From NCBI GenBank assembly GCA_902553945.1, contig CACDMT010000001.1, positions 7,239-71,238 of the forward strand: 64,000 nt of DNA, read 5' to 3'. A program made the position numbers and the translations under genes. The notes under the pieces are model-generated. The model had not been told where the DNA came from. It made no database searches and saw only the letters and a program-made list of their open reading frames with translations. Below are positions 55,754 to 64,000 of this stretch, piece by piece (position 1 is the stretch's first letter; the number at the start of each line of letters is the position of its first letter). Source of the stretch: an uncultured Alphaproteobacteria bacterium. Lineage in GTDB: Bacteria; Pseudomonadota; Alphaproteobacteria; HIMB59; GCA-002718135.

Positions 55754-57095
55754 TTAGACTTTTTAGACTTTTAATTGTTTGTTCCATCTCTTCTTTAGTA
55801 CCAATACTAATTCTAAGAAAGTTTGGAAGGCTATAACTATCCAAACGCCTAATAATAATACCATCTTTTAAGAGATGATTTGAAATTTTATTAGCTCCAT
55901 CAATAGACGTTTCGATCAAAGAAAAATTGCCCTCGGTTGTTCTTGTTTTAATATTTAAATTTTTTAGCTCATTTTCAAACCAGGTTTTAATTTCAGTATT
56001 TATTTTTACAATCTTATCAATGTATTGATGATCTTCTAGAGCTTTAATTGCCAAAGCCTGAGATATAGATGTTGTATTAAATGGAGGTTTAATTTTTTTT
56101 ATTATATCCGCAACCTTTTGACTAGTATAACACCAACCAATTCTTAAAGCTGCAAGTCCATAAGTTTTTGAAAAAGTTCTAGTCAAAATTATATTTTCGA
56201 ACTCATTTGAAAGACTAAAGCCTTTGTCATAATCTGACTTTTCCACATATTCAACATAAGCGCCATCAATAACTACAATTATATTTTTAGAGATATTTTT
56301 CATTAGTTTTATTATTTGATCTCTAGCTAAATAAGTTCCTGTAGGATTATTAGGTGAAGCAATATATATTACTTTTGTGGAGTGATTTATATTTTCAATT
56401 ATTGTATCAACATTAAGATTAAAATTTTTATCTTCTTTTATTTTTTTTGGTACTGCTCCAACAACTTTACTAACAATCGAATACATTTCAAAGCCATAAT
56501 TTGCATGTAATATTTCATCTCCATCCTGACAAAAACCTAATGCAGCAAATAATAAAATTTCATCAGACCCTGACCCCAGTATTATTCTTTCTTTATCTAA
56601 TGAAAACCTCTCAGAAATAGCATCTCTAAGCGTTGATCCGTCAATCTCCGGGTATCTATTTAAATTCTTTTTTAAATTTTGAGCTTCTAATACCTCAATG
56701 ATTTTTGGAGATGGTCCATATGGATTTTCATTAGATGAAAGTTTAATAATTTTTTTTTCAGTATCTAGAGTTGATTTTCCACCTTTATATATATTTATAT
56801 TTTTAATTGATCTTTTTGATTGAATATCAGAAACATTAATTTTCTGTAATTTTTCAGAAGATTGAAATATTTCTCTCCATAATCTTACTATTGTATCTTT
56901 TGAATATGATCCTTCTGATTTATTTATCAATCGATCAAGAATTTTCTGTTCTCTATCTAAATCAACAACAGTTTCTTCCTTTTTATGTTTGCCAATTTTT
57001 AATACTATTTCTGATCGATTTGATAATAGTTTCAATATTTCATCATCGATTAAGTTGATTTTCTCCCTTAGAGCATCTAGTTCGTCATTTTTCAT
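55746..57095 (-). CDS. hisC: Fusion protein: AroQ chorismate mutase domain + HisC-family (histidinol-phosphate/aromatic) aminotransferase
   Basis: Preferred start is the Met at 57095 (MKNDELDALREKINLIDDEILKLLSNRSE..., an AroQ CM pattern of about 85 aa). It is followed by KLSSNENPYGPSP, SPNNPTG and RTFSKTYGLA (PLP-Lys). 8-bp overlap with tyrA. Confidence 0.8.
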   Translation of the reverse strand: MKNDELDALREKINLIDDEILKLLSNRSEIVLKIGKHKKEETVVDLDREQKILDRLINKSEGSYSKDTIVRLWREIFQSSEKLQKINVSDIQSKRSIKNINIYKGGKSTLDTEKKIIKLSSNENPYGPSPKIIEVLEAQNLKKNLNRYPEIDGSTLRDAISERFSLDKERIILGSGSDEILLFAALGFCQDGDEILHANYGFEMYSIVSKVVGAVPKKIKEDKNFNLNVDTIIENINHSTKVIYIASPNNPTGTYLARDQIIKLMKNISKNIIVVIDGAYVEYVEKSDYDKGFSLSNEFENIILTRTFSKTYGLAALRIGWCYTSQKVADIIKKIKPPFNTTSISQALAIKALEDHQYIDKIVKINTEIKTWFENELKNLNIKTRTTEGNFSLIETSIDGANKISNHLLKDGIIIRRLDSYSLPNFLRISIGTKEEMEQTIKSLKSLNE

Positions 57096-57208
57096 AATTT
57101 GGCAGGTTCCTTTACAAATTATCGAGGCATAAATCAAAATAAAGTAACATATATTTTAAAATATCACCAATTATTGACTTAGATAAATATATAAATATAA
57201 GCATTTTT

Positions 57209-57278
57209 ACACCGATTTGATACAGCTTGCGGGTGGAGCAATGATCAGCTAAAGCGTTATAAATCCATCTAAAGCTCA
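57209..57278 (+). promoter_or_regulatory. SAM-II-like (SAM-II/SAM-V class) riboswitch candidate in the metX leader
   Basis: The leader reads ACCGAUUUGAUACAGCUUGCGGGUGGAGCAAUGAUCAGCUAAAGCGUUAUAAAUCCAUCUAAAGCUC. The GAUUU, AGCUUG and 3' UAAAGCU elements recall the SAM-II consensus. AAGCU (57272-57276) can pair with AGCUU (57223-57227) as a pseudoknot. It sits 17 nt upstream of the metX ATG. Confidence 0.55.
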
Positions 57279-57294
57279 TCAAACGGTCACTATT

Positions 57295-58452
57295 ATGAGT
57301 GATACAAATATAATAATTAAAAATGACCCTAAACTTGAATGTGATATTGCATTAATTGAAAATGCAAATTTTAATTTAGAGTCTGGAGAAGTATTAAAAA
57401 ATTTAAAAATTGCTTTTAAAACTTTTGGTCAATTAAATAATAAAAAAACAAATGCGATCTTAGTTTGTCATGCACTTACTGGAGACCAATACGTAAGTGG
57501 TACTAATCCATTAACAGGTAGAGAGGGATGGTGGTCAAAAATGGTCGGACCAAATAAACCTGTAGATACAAATAAATTTTATGTAATTTGTTCTAATGTT
57601 ATTGGTGGATGTTCAGGATCAACTGGACCAAAAGAAATAAATGATAAAAATAGTGAAATTTATGGTGGAGATTTTCCATCCATAACAATAAAAGATATGG
57701 TTAATGCCCAATCTCTTCTTGTAGATAAATTAAATATTAAGAAATTATTTTCTGTAATTGGTGGTTCAATGGGTGCAATGCAAGCACTTCAATGGGCAAT
57801 TGATTATCCTGAAAAAATATCAAATGTAATTCATATTGCAGGCGCTTTAAAACATTCTGCTCAAAATATAGCATTTCACGAAGTAGGTCGCCAAGCAATT
57901 ATGAATGATCCAGTTTGGAAAAATGGTAAGTACTTTGAAAGTAATGAAAGACCTGAACGGGGTTTATCTGTTGCTAGAATGATTGCTCATATAACATATC
58001 TTTCTGAAGATGCTATGCATCGAAAATTCGGAAGAAAATTACAATCAAGAGATATTATTTCATTTGGATTTGATGCTGATTTTCAAGTAGAAAGTTACTT
58101 AAGATATCAAGGTAAGTCATTTGTAGAAAGATTTGATGCTAATTCATATCTTTATTTAACTAGAGCTATGGACTACTTTGATCATGACGATACATTTAAG
58201 AAAAAAATTGAATTTAGTCACAAACCAAATAATCATATAAAATATTTGATTGTTTCATTTACTTCCGATTGGTTATTTCCAACAACAGAAAGTAAAATTA
58301 TTGTTAATAATTTAAATAATCTTGCAAGACAGGTAAGTTTTTTAGAAATTGAAACTGACAAAGGTCATGATAGTTTTTTATTAGATGAACCACAATTAGA
58401 TAGTTTAATAAATGGTTTTTTAATAAGTAATTTTGGTAAAATAAATGAATAA
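57295..58452 (+). CDS. metX: Homoserine O-acetyltransferase
   Basis: 385 aa. NAILVCHALTGD, nucleophile elbow GGSMGAMQALQW, and C-terminal TDWLFP...GHDSFL typical of MetX. Confidence 0.9.
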   Translation: MSDTNIIIKNDPKLECDIALIENANFNLESGEVLKNLKIAFKTFGQLNNKKTNAILVCHALTGDQYVSGTNPLTGREGWWSKMVGPNKPVDTNKFYVICSNVIGGCSGSTGPKEINDKNSEIYGGDFPSITIKDMVNAQSLLVDKLNIKKLFSVIGGSMGAMQALQWAIDYPEKISNVIHIAGALKHSAQNIAFHEVGRQAIMNDPVWKNGKYFESNERPERGLSVARMIAHITYLSEDAMHRKFGRKLQSRDIISFGFDADFQVESYLRYQGKSFVERFDANSYLYLTRAMDYFDHDDTFKKKIEFSHKPNNHIKYLIVSFTSDWLFPTTESKIIVNNLNNLARQVSFLEIETDKGHDSFLLDEPQLDSLINGFLISNFGKINE

Positions 58453-59128
58453 AATCGCTAGCATAAGGAAAGATTGGAAACTAATCGAAACATTAATTGA
58501 AGAAAATAGAAGTATATTAGATATTGGCTGTGGAGATGGTATGCTTATGGAGCAACTTGAAAAAAATCTAAATGCCAAAACTTATGGAATAGAGATAAAT
58601 AGAGATTTGGCATCCAAAGCTATTGCAAGAGGATTTAATGTCATTCAAGGAAATGCTGAAATTGATCTATCTCAATACTCAAATCATAGTTTTGACTATG
58701 TTATTTTAAGTCAAACATTGCAAGCAATGATGAAACCTAAAGAAATACTATCAGAACTATTAAGAATAGGATCAAGGGCTATTGTGTCTTTTCCAAACTT
58801 TGGTCATTGGAAAATTCGATTTCAACTATTAATTTCAGGAAGAATGCCTGTTACAGAAGGTTTACCTTATACTTGGTATGACACACCAAATATTCATTTC
58901 TTTACAATTAAAGACTTTTTAAAACTTTGTAATGATATGAATATAGTGATTGAAAAAAGTATTGGCTTATCATCTAGAGGAAGACAGTTTGATATTAATG
59001 ATTCCTTAACAGGTGTTAATTTTTTTACTCATGAAGCAATATTTTTACTTAGTTATAAAAATTATGAACCTATAAAAATAAAATCTTCAAAAAAAATATT
59101 TAGTAAAAATTCTGTAATCGCAAGTTAA
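58445..59128 (+). CDS. metW: Methionine biosynthesis protein MetW
   Basis: 227 aa. ILDIGCGDG SAM-methyltransferase-fold motif and SFPNFGHW..R segment typical of MetW. 8-bp overlap with metX. Confidence 0.85.
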   Translation: MNKIASIRKDWKLIETLIEENRSILDIGCGDGMLMEQLEKNLNAKTYGIEINRDLASKAIARGFNVIQGNAEIDLSQYSNHSFDYVILSQTLQAMMKPKEILSELLRIGSRAIVSFPNFGHWKIRFQLLISGRMPVTEGLPYTWYDTPNIHFFTIKDFLKLCNDMNIVIEKSIGLSSRGRQFDINDSLTGVNFFTHEAIFLLSYKNYEPIKIKSSKKIFSKNSVIAS

Positions 59129-59889
59129 TGAACTCAGTAAAAGTTAAAGTTATAAATCAATTAAAAGATAATTATTCATTTATAATATATAGTAAAAATG
59201 GAAAAGCTTGTGTAATTGATCCAGCTGAAAGTTTGCCAATTATTAAATTTATTAAGAATAATAATTTAAAAATAAAAGATATATTCATTACTCACCACCA
59301 CAAAGATCATACTGGTGGCATTGAAGGATTAATTAAAATTTTTCCTCAAGTAAATATTCATTCTCCAAGCTCTAATATAGAAAATACAAAATTTATTTTA
59401 CAAAATAATGATGAAGTTGAATCAAGTATAAATTCTTTCAAAATTATTTCTACGCCTGGACATACATTAGATCACATAGTTTATTATGACAAAAATAACA
59501 AAATTTTATTTTGTGGGGATACTTTATTTAGACTTGGTTGTGGAAGAGTATTTGAAGGTACTTTAAATCAGATGTATTCAAGTTTACAGAAAATTAATGA
59601 AATAGAAAGTAAAACAGTAATATATTGTGGTCATGAGTATACTATGAAAAATCTAACATTTTTAGAAACGACTTTAGGCAAACAAAATTTGTATCTTGAT
59701 ATTAGACAAAAAATAGAAAGTGAAATTGAATTTCATAATCAATCAATACCCTTTGAACTGTATGAAGAAAAGTCATACAATTTATTCTTAAACCAAGAAT
59801 CCAAAATTGGAGAATTAATCAAAAAGGAATTAAAGTTAGATAACTTTGAATTATTTAAATATCTAAGAGAAGGAAAGGATAACTTCTAA
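59128..59889 (+). CDS. gloB: Hydroxyacylglutathione hydrolase (glyoxalase II)
   Basis: 253 aa. Metallo-beta-lactamase motif THHHKDHTGG, TPGHTLDH, CGDTLF, CGHEYT. Confidence 0.85.
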   Translation: MNSVKVKVINQLKDNYSFIIYSKNGKACVIDPAESLPIIKFIKNNNLKIKDIFITHHHKDHTGGIEGLIKIFPQVNIHSPSSNIENTKFILQNNDEVESSINSFKIISTPGHTLDHIVYYDKNNKILFCGDTLFRLGCGRVFEGTLNQMYSSLQKINEIESKTVIYCGHEYTMKNLTFLETTLGKQNLYLDIRQKIESEIEFHNQSIPFELYEEKSYNLFLNQESKIGELIKKELKLDNFELFKYLREGKDNF

Positions 59890-59925
59890 ATTACTTAATT
59901 TTAAGTAAAAACAGATATTTTTAGT

Positions 59926-59952
59926 TTGACTATTAATAAGGTTCACTATAAA
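59926..59952 (+). promoter_or_regulatory. Candidate sigma-70 promoter for rplU-rpmA
   Basis: TTGACT (59926-59931), 15-nt spacer, TATAAA (59947-59952), then AAGGA SD before the ATG at 59973. The spacer is shorter than optimal and such hexamers occur by chance in AT-rich DNA. Confidence 0.3.
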
Positions 59953-59972
59953 CCCCGCGAAAAAAGGATCAA

Positions 59973-60491
59973 ATGCTTGCAATATTTAAAACAGGTGGAA
60001 AACAATACTCAGCAAAAACTGGAGAAATACTTAAGGTTGAAAAACTTAGTGGTGTTAAAGGAGATAAAGTATCATTTACTGATGTATTAGCAATTTCTGA
60101 TGCTAAAACTAATAATATTGGTCAACCAATTCTTAAAGATGCTTTTGTAGAAGCAAAAATTTTAGATCAGATAAGAGATAAAAAAATAATCGTTTTTAAG
60201 AAAAGAAAAAGACAAAATTATAGGCATACTCAAGGTCATAGGCAATATTTAACTGTTCTAAGAATTGAATCAATTTCTTTTGATGGAAAAAAATCTGTAG
60301 CTAAACCAGAAGTTAAAAAGCCAAAAAAGCTTGAAACGAAAGAAGTATCTAAAAAAGTAGAGAGTAAAGAGCCAAAAGTTGTAAAAAAGAAAGTTATAGC
60401 TAAAAAAACTTCAAAAAAAGCTTCACCAGTGAAAAAAAAATCAGTAAAGAAAACTGTGAAAAAAAAAACTAAGAGCAAAGTAGATAAGTAA
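59973..60491 (+). CDS. rplU: 50S ribosomal protein L21 with long lysine-rich C-terminal extension
   Basis: N-terminal ~100 aa match L21 ([12 protein letters not shown]...[14 protein letters not shown]). The remaining ~70 aa are a K/V/S/E low-complexity tail. Confidence 0.9.
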   Translation: MLAIFKTGGKQYSAKTGEILKVEKLSGVKGDKVSFTDVLAISDAKTNNIGQPILKDAFVEAKILDQIRDKKIIVFKKRKRQNYRHTQGHRQYLTVLRIESISFDGKKSVAKPEVKKPKKLETKEVSKKVESKEPKVVKKKVIAKKTSKKASPVKKKSVKKTVKKKTKSKVDK

Positions 60492-60748
60492 TGGCAACTA
60501 AAAAAGCAGGTGGTAGTTCAAGAAATGGTAGAGATTCAGCTGGTCGAAGACTTGGTGTAAAAAAGTTTGGCGGAGAAAATGTGCTTGCTGGCAATATTAT
60601 TATTAGACAAAGAGGAACAAAGTTCCACCCAGGTAATAATGTTGGAATTGGTAAAGATCATACAATTTTTGCTACTACAAATGGAAAAGTTACTTTTAAA
60701 AAAACTAAAATACGCACTTACGTTTCAGTTGTTCCCGTACAACAATAA
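60491..60748 (+). CDS. rpmA: 50S ribosomal protein L27
   Basis: 85 aa. [29 protein letters not shown]...[13 protein letters not shown] is the canonical L27 sequence. Confidence 0.95.
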   Translation: MATKKAGGSSRNGRDSAGRRLGVKKFGGENVLAGNIIIRQRGTKFHPGNNVGIGKDHTIFATTNGKVTFKKTKIRTYVSVVPVQQ

Positions 60749-60769
60749 TTTTTTATTAAATTTTCCTAA

Positions 60770-62850
<2,081 letters not shown>

Positions 62851-62858
<8 letters not shown>

Positions 62859-64000
62859 TATTGAAAAAGAAATAATTTCACTTGGTATAAATGCAAAAAA
62901 AGCGTCCTTAGAAATGAGGCTTTGTAAAACAAATGAAAAAAATCAAGCCCTAAATAACTTAATAAAAAATTTAAATCTAAACAGAGAACATATACTAAAT
63001 GCAAATTTAATTGATTTAGAAAATGGTAGAAAAAAATTATTATCTAATCCAATTATAAATAGATTAACTCTAAAAAATGACTCAATTGACAATTTAATTA
63101 AAAGTATTGAAGATATAATTCTTATTCCTGATCCGATTGGAGTATTATTAGAAGAATGGGAAAGACCGAACGGCCTAAAATTTAATAAAATATCAACACC
63201 ATTGGGTGTTTTAGGTGTAATTTATGAATCCAGGCCTAATGTAACTGTTGATGCGTCTTGTCTATCAATTAAATCTGGAAATAGTATTATTTTAAGAGGA
63301 GGAAGTGATAGTTTTTTCACATCAAAAGAACTTGTAAATAATATAACAAAATCCTTTGAAGAAGCTGGGTTACCTAAATTCTGTGTTCAAATGATTAATA
63401 CACCAGAAAGAGAAGCAGTTGATAAGTTACTTCAAATGAATGATTATGTTGATGTTATTATTCCAAGGGGGGGTAAGGGCTTAATTGAGAAAGTTAATAA
63501 AGCTAGCAAGATACCAGTAATTAAACATCTAGATGGAATATGTCATGTATATGTAGATAAAGAAGCTGACTTAGAAATTGCAAAAAAAATAGTATACAAC
63601 AGTAAGATGAGAAGACCTGAGATTTGTGGAGCAGCAGAAACAATATTAATAGATGAAAAAATTAAAGATAAGTCTTTAGAAATACTAAATCCACTAAAAA
63701 AAATTAATTGTGAAATAAGAGGGGATGAATATATTAAATCTTTGGATAAAAATTTTAAAACTGCAAAAATAGAAGATTGGTCATTAGAATATTTAGATAA
63801 AATTATATCTGTGAAAATTGTCTCAGGTGTTGAGGGTGCAATAAATCATATAAATAAATTTTCATCGGGACATACAGAGGCAATAATCACTAATAATGAT
63901 GAAACTTTCCAGAAGTTTTATAATATGATTGATAGTGCTATCATATTAAAAAATGCATCAACACAATTTGCTGATGGCGGAGAATTTGGATTTGGAGCTG
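62851..64000 (+). CDS. proA: Gamma-glutamyl phosphate reductase (3' end cut by window edge)
   Basis: Not in the ORF track because no stop falls in the window. The frame is open from the ATG at 62851 to 64000. The translation contains LGVLGVIYESRPNVTVDA, KSGNSIILRGGS and IPRGGKGLI, typical of ProA. 8-bp overlap with proB. Confidence 0.85.

Noticed and set aside
59890-59912. Possible terminator hairpin TTACTTAA-TT-TTAAGTAA after gloB.
   Set aside because: The stem is almost entirely A-T, the loop is too short, and no U-tract follows. It is not convincing as an intrinsic terminator.

Overview
AT-rich (about 30% GC by eye) and very gene-dense window: about 70 protein genes, one tRNA-Leu(CAA), and one riboswitch-like leader. 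Intergenic gaps are mostly under 100 bp, and many genes overlap by 1-17 bp. Composition and gene order (argH-lysA, tyrA-hisC, metX-metW, rplU-rpmA-obg-proB-proA, coq7) suggest a streamlined marine alphaproteobacterium of the SAR11/Pelagibacterales type. That assignment is inference; no database search was possible.

Bases 1-35035 look like an accessory carbohydrate/sugar-acid catabolic island. It holds parts of four binding-protein-dependent ABC importers, three enolase-superfamily paralogs, two SMP-30 lactonases and an amidohydrolase_2 lactonase-like enzyme. It also holds three mutarotase-type proteins, several dehydrogenases, two unrelated CoA-transferases, a SelA/DgaE-like PLP enzyme with RidA, and a single KdgK/Eda pair. 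I could not recognise any transcription factor in it. Bases 35-64 kb are mainly core housekeeping genes.

I saw no CRISPR array, transposase, integrase, prophage, toxin-antitoxin or recognisable defence system.

The most unusual candidates:
- A sugar-to-KDPG operon with two embedded CoA-transferases and no dehydratase.
- A SelA-like/RidA/enolase/RhaM cluster, possibly for amino-sugar-acid deamination.
- A polyamine-type (Pot) importer fused into operons with sugar-lactone and sugar-acid enzymes.
- An enolase paralog with apparently non-canonical catalytic residues.
- An acyl-CoA ligase-metY operon that could couple methanethiol release to methionine synthesis.

All functional calls rest on motif-level reading of the translations and remembered family signatures.
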